DNA of 63,218 nt, the filler included, from Octopus bimaculoides (Eukaryota): the NCBI RefSeq assembly GCF_001194135.2. It is 7 parts of 4 records of this genome, joined end to end, with 100 filler letters (N's around TTAATTAATTAA, not from the genome) between each part and the next. Parts side by side here need not be neighbours in the genome. Positions count along the whole stretch, not along the records: positions 49,020 to 58,470 come from NC_069006.1; positions 58,571 to 62,076 come from NC_068987.1; positions 62,177 to 63,218 come from NC_068989.1; 4 more parts are not named here. The stretch is one strand, 5' to 3'. Below, piece by piece: positions 51,922 to 63,110 of this stretch; position 1 is the stretch's first letter, and every line of letters begins with the position of its first letter. A program made the translations under genes and the position numbers. Under the pieces are notes generated by a model. The model was not told where the DNA came from, made no database searches, and was given only the letters and a program-made list of their open reading frames with translations.

Positions 51922-53439
51922 GATATATATATATATAAAATAATTAAGGTGGCTAGATGCAATTTCACTGTCACCAAAGAGTGAAGAAGGTTTGCAAGGG
52001 AGCACACCACATAGACAAGTTGCTGCATAGTTTCTGCATCTCCCACAAGACATTCATAACTGTGTGTGCTATGGTACAAAATACTCGCTCCAAAGTTGTT
52101 ATGGCAGTGGAATTGAACCCCCAACAAAAACCTTGTGGTTGTGTAGTTAGATTTCCTAATCTCTCATCCATACCTTTGCAAACAGTAAATAAAAAAAAAA
52201 AAAATAGAAGTTAATTATAAATCTCATTTGTTCTCTCTTCCCACTGGGCCTGCTACAATATGTTTTAGTATCGTCTCTGTTATTTTAGTAGTATTTGAAC
52301 GAGATCTGATATGAATCTAAATATAATAAAACAGTAATAAAATATACGAATAAAACATGTGGGAGCAGGGTGGCGGGAGTACAAGTAGGAACAGTTTTTA
52401 AATATATTGTTTTGTTTACTTTTTAATTCTGATAGAAGATAGGAATTTCAGCGGCAGGGGTGGAGAGCTTTGTGAGGGAGTGTGCATGTGCATGTATGTA
52501 GAGGTGCATGTGTCTGTGAGCTTATGTACTTATATAAGCACCGTGTTTATGTATTTGTGTGCTCAAAAGTATTCGTGTATGTGACTAGATGTTTGTGTGT
52601 ATATATGCATTTACATGTGTGTGTATGTATGTATGTCTATATGCATGTGTGGATGAGCTTATGTATTCATTTATGCACATGTTTGTATTTGTGTGGTGCA
52701 CGAAAATGTGTACATGTTTGCACATGCTGGCTGGGTAGAATGGTTCTCTGAAGTGAAGTTATCCAGAGTTGAACAAAATCTGGAAAGATGCAGGAAGGAC
52801 AAACTTATTTTTAAATAATTTTCTTTTTTCTAACCTTAGTCAGATGGAGGGAGGTTTAAGACCCATGATATTTTGCAGGGAGGGGCTCTGAGATGGATGG
52901 AAAGTGGGGGAAGGAACCAGGACTCTTGGAAGCAATGTAACTCAAAGCATCAAGTTAACCTCAGAGCTTAAGATCTGATCTGAATATGTGTAATAGAGTG
53001 GTCTCCACCAAAGAAACCCAAGGGACAGATGGTAGTGTTGGGTGTTAAAAAATCGAGTAATTGAGAACTGCAGATACAGTTTCCATCTTACCAAATTCCA
53101 CTTGCAAGGCTTGGTTTGTCCACACCCTTCTTGAGGCATTAGTAGAAGACATTTGTCCCAGGTACCACCCGGTGTGATCAAACCTAAAACTGTGGGGGCT
53201 GATGTAGTGGGACTTTGCCTGACCAACACTGGATGGCGGAAATCAAAGCAAACTTATGAAAGAAATGGACTGTGTGTGTGGGTGTTTATGCACGTACACA
53301 CACACACACACACACACAAATGCCCCAAATTTTGAAATCCTATTGAATAGGGAAGTAATGCATTTCATTGCTAGGAAATGCTTTGTGACACACACACACA
53401 CACATATACACATATGTATACACATGTTTGTATATATGC

Positions 53440-53478
<39 letters not shown>

Positions 53479-53636
53479 CATACACACTGGATTGCCATTT
53501 GGTATAGAATTGTTTGAATATAGGTTAGTAAATAACAGACTAACATGATTAGTTGGGCTGTTTCTGGAACAGATACTGTTATGATAGTGTAATTCAAGAC
53601 ATGATAAACACATTCTCTGTTTTGTCTGTCAAACAT

Positions 53637-53714
<78 letters not shown>

Positions 53715-55033
53715 TTTTTTGTCTCTGGTTTTACTTGCTGCTCTGCCATTTTGTTTTATTATTGGTTATTTAATGTCTTTCTTTCTCGTTTCACCACTTT
53801 GTTCTTCTCTTTCTAAGTTTTGACTAATACATTAGCTCTCATTTTAACATTACTCTATAATTATTTAGATATCAAAGCTGGTGGTGGCAAACAGACTGGA
53901 GTGCAACTGTAGTAGTAGTAGCAGTAGTAGCAGTAGTAGTCATGGTGCTGGTGGTGGTATTTGAATGTTTGGCGACATGATCAAAACTTTGTTTCATTCT
54001 CTTTTATTTTTAACATTATTATTAATATTATTATTATTTTCCCAAAAGACTTGTTTTACATATAGGAGAATGACCCAAACAGTAGTCCACTCTTCAGTAA
54101 CATATCAGGTGACACATTTCCTAGAATTCTGTATCTGTATTGGTTCATATATGTGTGAGCAAACAAACATAGACACGTTAAATGTGCACAATTTTATATA
54201 TGTACTTGCTTGATGTCACATTGAAAATTGCTTTATCCCTTGACATTCATGAGAAACCTTTACAATTCCATTTCTCTGTCCTTTCTCTCTTCCCCTTGGT
54301 ACAATTGTTTGTCTTTCAGATATTGTACCCTAGAAATCCCTTGCAGCTAAGCTATGTCATCACCTCTCTCACAATCATTGAAATTTTCATTGCCATCATT
54401 GCCCCCTCACTACAATTGTCATATTAACTCCCTACCCCTCCTTGTTGCCATTTCCCCCCTCTTGTCATCACTGCCATTGCACCTCACCATTGTTGTCTAA
54501 TTGTTGTTATCCTGTGATGTCAAAGTGTCAAAATCTTACACTGTCCTTGACATAACCATGGACAAAATATTACTGAGATTATTTTCAGTTGTAGCTGTTA
54601 ATTCTACGAGGTCAGGGCTGACCCTGGGGCTAAACACCAACATTAGCAACACCCCCCTCTCTCTCTACTCCCTACACACTTCATTGTTTATCATGTAGAT
54701 ATTATTTTTACATAAGCCTACTTAATCTCACTGGGGAGTAATTTTGGTGGATGTCAAAGTCCAAATGTGTCGACCGATATTTTAATAAAAGTATGTAGAT
54801 ATGGTGGAGTGCTGAAGAACTTTTATCTTAACCACATACTTTCTGGATTCTTTCCATTGTGTGGTGCTTTACACAAGTGTTCTCTACAGCCTTAAAGTGA
54901 CCAATGCCTTGTGAATGGAATTGGTTGATGGAAACATACTGGACATGTCTCAGTATGTACAAGGGTTTATTTCTGTAAATCCCTGCAGTGACAGTATTTG
55001 GGTGACTGAGATGCTGTGAAGGTTTCCCTTCAA

Positions 55034-55718
55034 CCCTTTAGTATTCAGATTACTCTGTCCAGTGTAATTGCTCATTTATTCATTGTTTTTAATTAATCAG
55101 GCTTTATGTTATTACTTTGAGATTTTGATGATGGGGTTGTTTATTCTTTGGAAGAAGACATTGTAATGTAGGTGTGAGAGGCCAGACCTGGCCAGTTTGA
55201 ACAAAATACAGGTAGAATATTGGGCCAGGTATGACCAGTTTAACCCTTTAGAATGCAGATTACTCTGTCAAATGTTAATGCTTATTTATTCACATTGTTT
55301 TCAATCAATCATGAATTATCTTATAGCTTTGAGATTTCAATGACATGATTGTTTATTTTTAGAATAACATTGTTGGGTAGGTGTGAAAGATAGGACATGG
55401 CCAGTGTTAATATGAAACAGGGAAAAACATTTGCACCAAATAGGTTCAGTTTGAATACTGAAGGGTTAGGGAACCCTAACCCTAACCCTTTTTAGCATTC
55501 TGATTATTCTGTCAGAAGTACTGTTTGTTTAATTACATTGTTGTCAATTAATCCTGCATTATCTCATAACTATAAAATTTTATTGATGTGACTGTTTTTA
55601 GAATGATATCAAAGGGTAGGTGTGAGCGGCTGGATTTGGCTGGTTTGAGTGTAAAACAGGTAGAATATTTGGGCAGGTAAAACATGTAGAATATTTGGAT
55701 GGCTTCAGTACTGAAGGG
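55034..55718. mobile_element. Three tandem copies of a ~210-230 bp piggyBac-type MITE
   Basis: Units start (T/C)AA-CCCTT..cagatta(c/t)tctgtc at 55034, 55244 and 55486; copies 2 and 3 end AAGGG-TTA(G/A). Confidence 0.75.
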
Positions 55719-58335
55719 TTAAGCAATATATTCTTTAGCTTGGTGTCTTCAATAGTTTTGATCAACGACAACCAGTGGAATAAACATCCTTTTGTGGAGG
55801 TGGTGGTTAGAATTGTAGAAAATGTGAGTACATTGGTACCAATGGTGGCTTCTATTTGTAGAAGTACAAATGATCTGAAGTAGATTAGTATCTAAAGTCC
55901 AAACTTACTTTATCACCTGTTTTATTTGGTCTGACTACTACCATTTGAGCAACGTCAGTCAAATATCTCTTAAATTATATATCTTATATCTTACTATCAC
56001 TGGAATGAATAACACGAGTTGTAATCCAAGATGCTCTTGAAATGAAGATGATGAACACAGCTGTAATATGTCTTTGATCATCGGCCTACTAGATTGGTCT
56101 GACCTGGGGCTGAATGACATCATCGTTCAAATTTCTCCTAAAGCAAGGAGATTGGGCATTGCTAATCATAGATATTTTAACCCACTTCTAAAATTAAATT
56201 TTTTTTTGTTAAAGAAAGAGGTTTCAAATATGTTTTGAACATTAGAGATTAATCCCTTTGTTGCCATATTTTCCCTGAAATACACTGCCTTTGGATAAAT
56301 TAATTTTGTAAATACAGGAGAAAGTAATGAAATAACTTTATTAAACTGGTGATTAGGACATAAATTAATATGAAAGGAAGGTTCTCACTTAGATCTCTTT
56401 AAAACGTGAAGTTTGTGTCAAAGACCTGGGGGTTGTTTCGGACAGCTTGGTATCAAGAGTTAAAAATGTACAGAAAAAGTTTTTTTTTAGACAGTATACA
56501 AACAGAAACAATAAAAGGGAACTTCAATTCACTGCTTTAAAATTGTATTCATGTATTAATTACATAGATAAAGAATGGATAAAGAATATGAATATCTTGT
56601 TTCCAAAATAATGGAATTAAAATGTATTCAATTATGAAAGCATTTAGTATTGTATGGTTTCGCTTATTTGCTGCTGTTTCAATTTATTAAAGATGAAAAT
56701 TCAATTATAAATACAAGTGGAACATATTTTTACACATCAAATACAAATGAAATGGATAAATTTTATACGACTCTTTTACTCTCTCTGAGAAATACTTTTA
56801 ATAGTCACAAAGGTACTCATTAAAAAAAAAAATGGTGTTGGGTGGAAAACAGTTGTAAATCTTTTAACCCTTATTAGTTTAGGGGCCAAACCAAGAACAC
56901 TGGAGGTCTCCACTGCCACAAGCTTGACCATAAACCTGTTGGAGAGCAGCTGGTATTTTGAGTTTGCCCTCTTTGGCCTGATGGGCAGCAAGGCCTGGGC
57001 TGGTAGCTGAACACACCAGGTTGCCACCGGAGGAGGTGTATACAGAAAATTAACCTCTCAGGTGAAGCATCTCATTTACTGTTATTTTAAATCCAGTTTT
57101 ACTCTGATCAAACAAGCACCATCCTAACTTGCTTTCAGCTGTAATGTACCCTGGACTACATTATTCAATGTGTCCTTACCATTATTATATACAGTCATAT
57201 ATTGGGATGGATATCTTCATCTTAGTATCAACCAAGATGAGGACAATTGTCCAAACATACCAGTGTTTTTTTTTCTTTTTTAAAGATGCTTGGTTGTGGT
57301 TTGAAGGAGAGTTGACTGCTGTTTCTTGCATGTTGGGTGACTGCATAGAGGTTCTCTTGTGAAATGGAGAGGTCATTGTTGTCTCTGTTCACTTTCTTTT
57401 TCTCTCACCAGTCATTAAATTGTATTATGATGGATAGAACACGAGTAATGTGTGAGTAATTGTATTATTTCTCTCTCTGTCTATTTCTATGTTCGTATGT
57501 ATGTGACTGTATGTTGTTTTTTAGGTTTTTTTTCTACTGTATGTACGTATGTGTGTTTGATTCAAAACTTGCTTGATTATATAGGCTTCTCCAATAGAAA
57601 GTTAAAGTTGTATATTTTTAGGTATTTGTAAGTAACCCAAGATCGTCTGTAACTGGAATCTATGTGTGTGTTGGTGTGTAGCCATAGAATATAAATATTT
57701 CCAATTGTGTAGGAATGTCGGAGGGATTTTATTACTGGATTAAATTAAGCAGCAAATATAATGGACTCCCTTGCCCTCAGTTTATGCACTTATATACAAC
57801 TTCCTTTACCTAAATTAACCCATTAAAGGAGCATCTATGTTTGGGGTAAGGGAACCTCGGGCCCACTTGTGATATTTCTCAAATTTGGAATCTCCTGCTG
57901 ACAAAATTCTTCAAAGAAACAAAAACAGTTAAGCCTTAAGATTAAAAACAGTAATTTAATAAAAATTGTTTGTCGATTCCATTTTATGTCCATTTTTCTG
58001 TGCTAGCATGGGTTAAATGAGTATATATTATTGAGGTATTGTTTTACAGCTGTATACCCTTCCTCTTGCTAACACTTACTTGCCAAACCGCTAAGTTAGG
58101 GATGTTAAATCAAAACTAGTTATACGCACGCATGCGCACGTGATGAGTTTCTTTCAGTTCTTGACCACCAAATTCACTCACAAGGTTTTGGTTGGCCCGA
58201 GACAGTTGCCCAAGGTGCCATGCAGTGGGACTGAACCCAAAACCGTGTGTGTGTGTGTATGTATGTATATATGTATGTATATGACCAAACACCATTCAAT
58301 TTTTTTTCTCCGTGTTTTTCTCCTTGTCTCCATAT

Positions 58336-58372
58336 TCTTTCTGTTGAAGAGCGTAGCTCGAAACGTTAAAGA
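58336..58372 (+). ncRNA. Minimal hammerhead-like motif with A6-to-U core substitution
   Basis: UCUUU-CUGUUGA-a-GAGC(gua)GCUC-GAAA-CG-UU-AAAGA: all three stems present, core altered. Confidence 0.5.
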
Positions 58373-58774
58373 CTTTCCGTATTCCCGAGCGTCATACTAA
58401 TACATCCTTTTGTTGTTTACACCACCTGTCCTCGTCTATTATTGTTTTTTTTTCGTACATTCTCCCATATNNNNNNNNNNNNNNNNNNNNNNNNNNNNNN
58501 NNNNNNNNNNNNNNTTAATTAATTAANNNNNNNNNNNNNNNNNNNNNNNNNNNNNNNNNNNNNNNNNNNNTGTCAAGCAATGGCAGGGGGACAAACACAA
58601 ACATATATATATATATATAATGCAAGAGAGTTAGGGGTTGAGGATTCAACCCACTAAGGGATAGTATCTATCCAATATACTGCTGGGAGGGTACTACAAA
58701 ATAAGTTAATTAATTCAACGGAATACACTGTCTGCAAGTCGTTGGGTACCGCATATTCTCCATTTTCTAATTGC

Positions 58775-58807
<33 letters not shown>

Positions 58808-59061
58808 ATACATACATACATACAATGGGCTTCTTTCAGTTTCTGTCCACTAAATCCACTCACAAGGCTTTGGTTGACCCAAGTCTATATAGTAGAAGAC
58901 AGTTGCCCAAGGTGCCATGCAGTGGGACTGAGCCCAGAACCTTCTGGTTGGGAAGCAAGCTTCTTTCCACACAGCCATACCTGCGCCTATGGTCCACAGT
59001 TTTACATTTGTGAGATGAGGAATATATATTTTGTATACTACAGTTCTATATTAACCACTAC

Positions 59062-59310
59062 GCCATATGACATAGTGGTTAAGAGTGCAGGCTACTAACC
59101 CCAAGATTCTGAGTTCGAATGCAGGCAGTGACCTGAATAATAATAATAATAATAATAATAACAACAACATCGAAAAATACCTTAGGAACGAGAACCCAGG
59201 TTTGAAATTTCCCCAAGACACCTGATGAAGGCTGGAGGATATATCAGCTGAAATGTTGTGTTAACAACAAACAAGATGAGGATAAATATGTCAATTGTAA
59301 ATAATTTTGT
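59062..59310 (+). mobile_element. Putative SINE: tRNA-like head, (AAT)n, hammerhead-containing tail
   Basis: A-box-like tgacatagtgg (59068-78), B-box gagttcgaat (59111-20), (AAT)n 59137-59160, HHR 59216-59262. Confidence 0.65.
59216..59262 (+). ncRNA. Minimal type I hammerhead ribozyme motif
   Basis: GACAC-CUGAUGA-a-gGCUG..CAGCu-GAAA-UG-UU-GUGUU. Confidence 0.65.
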
Positions 59311-59359
59311 ATAATGTTTATATTATTCAGACTGGTGTCCTCATCTTGACTATTGATTT

Positions 59360-59401
59360 CACTACGTCTCAGCTGTTGTATGCTCCAGCCTTCTTCAGGT
59401 A
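59360..59401 (-). ncRNA. Hammerhead motif with GAAA-to-GAGA change (left arm of palindrome)
   Basis: UAC-CUGAAGA-a-gGCUG..CAGCu-GAGA-CG-UA-GUG. Confidence 0.45.
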
Positions 59402-59444
59402 TCTGGTGTTGAACTTAGTTGTTGTATTGGAATTCAACACAAGA

Positions 59445-59486
59445 CACCTGAAGAAGGCTGGAGTGTACAACAGCTGAAATGTAGTG
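59445..59486 (+). ncRNA. Minimal hammerhead motif, GUA site (right arm of palindrome)
   Basis: CAC-CUGAAGA-a-gGCUG..CAGCu-GAAA-UG-UA-GUG; stem I only 3 bp. Confidence 0.55.
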
Positions 59487-60011
59487 AATTCAACAATAAA
59501 GATGAGGACACCAGTTTGACTAATATAAACAGTGTGCATAATGTGTCCACAGTTATCCTCTTGTCTCCAAACAATCAGACTGTCATTTCTTTCATCTTAC
59601 CTTCCCATTTATAGTTGATCAAAATTGCCATCAGATTTTTTTTTTCAGCTTCTCTGGCAGTGAAGATAATTTCAATAAATCAAGAATTTATTTGGTATTT
59701 TATTTAATGTCTTTATTCATCAATGTTGTTCAAATTTAAGCATCGGGTCATTGTGAGTTATTTCTCTTTAGTTTTGTTTTAATTATGCATAATATCTACA
59801 CACAGAATGTTCAGGCTAAATAAAAGTACATGTATAACAAAAAACAACACAAATTGATGTAGAACATTTTATATAATCCTTCATATAGTATATTTTGTGT
59901 TTCTATGTGATTTTCTAATACTTACTGATAATTTTACTCAACTGTAGGCAGTTAACTAATATGATGTATTAACATCAATACAATTACTCAAGGGTCATCT
60001 CTGTGGTTTAA

Positions 60012-60222
60012 CCCTTCAACATTCAGATTACTCTGTCAAATGTAATGCTTATTTATTCATATTGTTTTTTAATTAATCACGCACTACCTTTCAGCTTCAA
60101 GATTTCAATGGTGTGTTTGCATATTTTTAGAATGACACTGTAGGGTAGGTGTGAGAAGTTGGATCTAGTCAGTTTTAGTATAAAACAGGTAGAATATTTG
60201 GGCTGGATTAAATGCTAAAGGG
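60012..60222. mobile_element. Solo piggyBac-type MITE with TTAA target-site duplication
   Basis: TTAA (60008-11) CCCTT..AAAGGG TTAA (60223-26); same family as 55034-55718. Confidence 0.8.
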
Positions 60223-60431
60223 TTAAATATGATTTTGTGACATCCTTTATAAAGTTGTAAATGACACAAACATATTTTATGACAATGTCAGGAAATATTC
60301 CAAGCATTCATTCAAGTACAACAGCATGACAGTAACCTTAACATCAATTCTACATAACTGAACTCAAATATGGCAACAAAATCTTTGTTTTACTACAAAT
60401 ATCACATGGATTTCTTTCCTGATTTAACATA

Positions 60432-60799
60432 AGTTGTTGTTGTTGGCACTCCATCGCTTATGACGTCGAGGGTTCCAGTTGATCCAATCAACAGAACAGC
60501 CTGCTCGTGAAATTAACACGCAAGTGGCTGAGCACTCCACAGACACGTGTACCCTTAACGTAGTTCTCGGGGATATTCAGCGTGACAAAGCTGACCCTTT
60601 GAATTACAGGCACAACAGAAACAGGAAGTAAGAGTGAGAGAAAGTTGTGGTGAAAGAGTACAGCAAGGTTCGCCACCACCCCCTGCCAGAGCCTCGTGGA
60701 GCTTTTAGGTGTTTACACTCAATAAACACTCACAACGTCCGGTCTGGAAATCGAAACCGCTAGTCCGCTGCCCTAACCACTGAGCCATTGCGCCTCCAC
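60432..60799 (-). mobile_element. tRNA-derived SINE (family D) ending in (CAA)n
   Basis: Reverse complement gtggaggcgcaatggctcagtggttagggcagcgg..ggtttcgatttccagacc.., tail caacaacaac. Confidence 0.75.
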
Positions 60800-60868
60800 A
60801 TAAGTAGGTCTAGATAATTAATCAGTCTTGGAAAACAACATACTGCAGATATCAATATTGTATTTCAT

Positions 60869-61454
60869 TTAAATATGAGTATGTTTGTGTCGAGATAAAG
60901 CACCACTTTGAGAGAATGTTTTACTGCAGATATTACAGTGGTATGGTTTCTCACCTGTGTGGATGCGTTTGTGGCAAGATAAGTTACAATTATGCATAAA
61001 TGCTTTACCACATATCTCACAGTGGTATGGTTTCAATCCAATGTGACTATATTGATGAGATGATAAAAGACTGCTGCGGGAGAATGTTTTGTCACAGATG
61101 TCACAGTGGTATGGTTTCTCTCCTGTGTGGATACGTTTGTGGCATGATAAATTACACCTATGGGAAAATGTTTTGCCACAGATATCACAATCATATGGTT
61201 TCTCACCTGTGTGAATACGTTTGTGTTTAGTCAAGTGACCACTTTCAAAGAATGATTTACCACAGATATCACAGTGATATGGTTTCTCTCCTGTATGGAT
61301 ACGCTTATGAGAAGATAAAGTACCACTTTGAGTGAATGCTTTACCGCAAACATCACAATGAAATGGTTTCTCTCCAGTGTGGATACGTTTGTGTTTAGTC
61401 AAATAGCCACTTTCTGAGAATGTTTTATCACATACATCACAGGAAACTGGTTTC
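60869..61454 (-). CDS. C2H2 zinc-finger array, 3' part (7 fingers), out of frame with the 5' part
   Basis: KPVSCDVC.. to ..SRHKHTHI* with TGEKP linkers and 84-bp periodicity; a decayed further finger follows the stop. Confidence 0.85.
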
Positions 61455-62075
61455 TTTGTGGGATGATAATTTATTGTTTCTAGAAAATGATTTTCCACAA
61501 ATATCACAGTGGTATGGTTTCTCTCCTGTATGGGTACGTCGGTGGGAATACAATGTACCACTCTGAGTGAAGGTTTTACCACATATATCACAATGGTAGG
61601 GTTTCTCTCCAGTGTGGATATGCTGGTGGGATAATAAATTACTACTTCTAGAAAATGACTGTCCACAAATATCACAGTGGTATGGTTTCTCTCCTGTATG
61701 GACACGTTTGTGGGAAGATAAAGTACCACTCTGAGTGAATGTTTTACCACATATATCACAGTCGTATGGTTTCTCTCCAGTATGAACATGTCTGTGTTGA
61801 ATCAAATGACTACTTTCAGAAAAGGTCTTACCACAAATATCACAGCAATGTGGTCTCTCTCCTGTGTGCATACGTTTGTGTCGAGACAAATTAGCACTGC
61901 TAGAAAAGTTTTCACCACAGATATCACAGTGATGTGGTTTTTCTCCTGTGTGGCGACGTCTATGTTCAAATACATGACCACTTTGGGAAAATGTTTTACC
62001 GCAGATATTACAGTGGTATGGTTTCTCTCCTGTATGGACACGTTTGTGGGAAGATAAAGTACCACTCTGAGTGAA
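61437..62075 (-). CDS. C2H2 zinc-finger array, 5' part (partial; starts at assembly gap; 6 complete fingers, one partial, one broken)
   Basis: Open frame [27 protein letters not shown].. to ..SSHKETSFL*; start codon and upstream exon not visible. Confidence 0.9.
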   Translation of the reverse strand, partial: FTQSGTLSSHKRVHTGEKPYHCNICGKTFSQSGHVFEHRRRHTGEKPHHCDICGENFSSSANLSRHKRMHTGERPHCCDICGKTFSESSHLIQHRHVHTGEKPYDCDICGKTFTQSGTLSSHKRVHTGEKPYHCDICGQSFSRSSNLLSHQHIHTGEKPYHCDICGKTFTQSGTLYSHRRTHTGEKPYHCDICGKSFSRNNKLSSHKETSFL

Positions 62076-62178
62076 TNNNNNNNNNNNNNNNNNNNNNNNN
62101 NNNNNNNNNNNNNNNNNNNNTTAATTAATTAANNNNNNNNNNNNNNNNNNNNNNNNNNNNNNNNNNNNNNNNNNNNTT

Positions 62179-63110
62179 TTAATCTAAAATATACTCTTCT
62201 TCATTTTCTACAATGCTGTTCCATCTATCTAGTAGATTTTCACGGCCCTTCTTCCAAAATTCTCTTGTCCGTTATGAAAAATACTCCTCCAGTACTTTTC
62301 TGACCTCGTCTACAGAATTCATATTTTTTCTGTCCAAATGATTTTGAAGACCGCAGAGTAATAGTTAATTAGAGGGGGCAATGTCTGGCGAATATGGTGG
62401 GTGGGGCATCGTTTCCCATTCAAACTGCTCCACCCTTTGGAATGTTATCCTCACTGAATGTGACCAATCATTATCCTGATGTAAGAATACCTTTAGTCGT
62501 GAAACCAAAGATGGTGGTTTTTCTTCTAGCGCTAATTTGAGCCGCTCCAGTTGCTCGCAGTAGATCTCATTTTCTATCCTTTGGTTTGGGTTTAAAAGTT
62601 CAAAGTAGACTAAACCCTTCATATCCTACCAAACAGATAACAACACTTTACGTGGATGAAGACCTTCTTTAGCCTGGGGGGCCGGTGTTTCTCCTTTCCC
62701 TACACACTATCTTCGGCTCTTGACATTTTTATAGAGAACCCATTTCTCGTCACCAGTCACTATTCGGTCGTAAAAAAGTTCATTCGTAAGACGTAACAGC
62801 AAAGAAGAACACACATTCACTCTCTGCACGTGATTAGACACGGAAAGTTTGTGAGGAACCCATTGACCCTAGTTGCTGACTCTTCCTATGGCACGCAGGT
62901 GTCACTAAATGTTTGAATGATCAAATCCAAGCTTCTCTGCTACTTCCTCAACAGTTACGATGGGATTTTGTTCCATCAGGTTTTGCAGGACGTCCTCGTC
63001 GAGCTCTACCTATCTTCCAGGATAAGGATTGTCTTCTAGGCTGTAGTTTCCGGCTCGGAATTTCTAGAACCACCGTTGACACTGGCTTACGCTTGTTGTT
63101 CAATCGAACC
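62179..63110 (-). pseudogene. Decayed mariner transposase (different copy or family from 43.6 kb)
   Basis: Manual reading gives GRxVELDEDVL, GQWVPHKLS, DRIVTGDEK, GLHPRKVLLSVW*, HQDN, HPPYSPDIAPSN*, ..RWNSIVENEEEYILD*; several stops; TIRs not seen. Confidence 0.85.

Noticed and set aside
10229-53675. Numerous Y/I/H/T/C/V-rich and X-filled ORFs in the ORF track
   Set aside because: Translations of (TA)n, (CA)n and (TACA)n microsatellites or N-gaps.
56870-57065. GC-richer island with short ORFs on both strands
   Set aside because: No frame gives a recognisable protein and no clear splice sites were found.
10229-62132. Recurring TTAATTAATTAA 12-mer (six copies) resembling a regular motif or CRISPR-like repeat
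   Set aside because: Always embedded in Ns; it is a scaffolding spacer, not biological sequence.
60869-63110. Possible mariner transposase-zinc finger fusion (same strand, transposase upstream)
   Set aside because: The transposase has multiple stops and its own terminal stop, and a spacer-marked gap separates the two, so even adjacency is uncertain.
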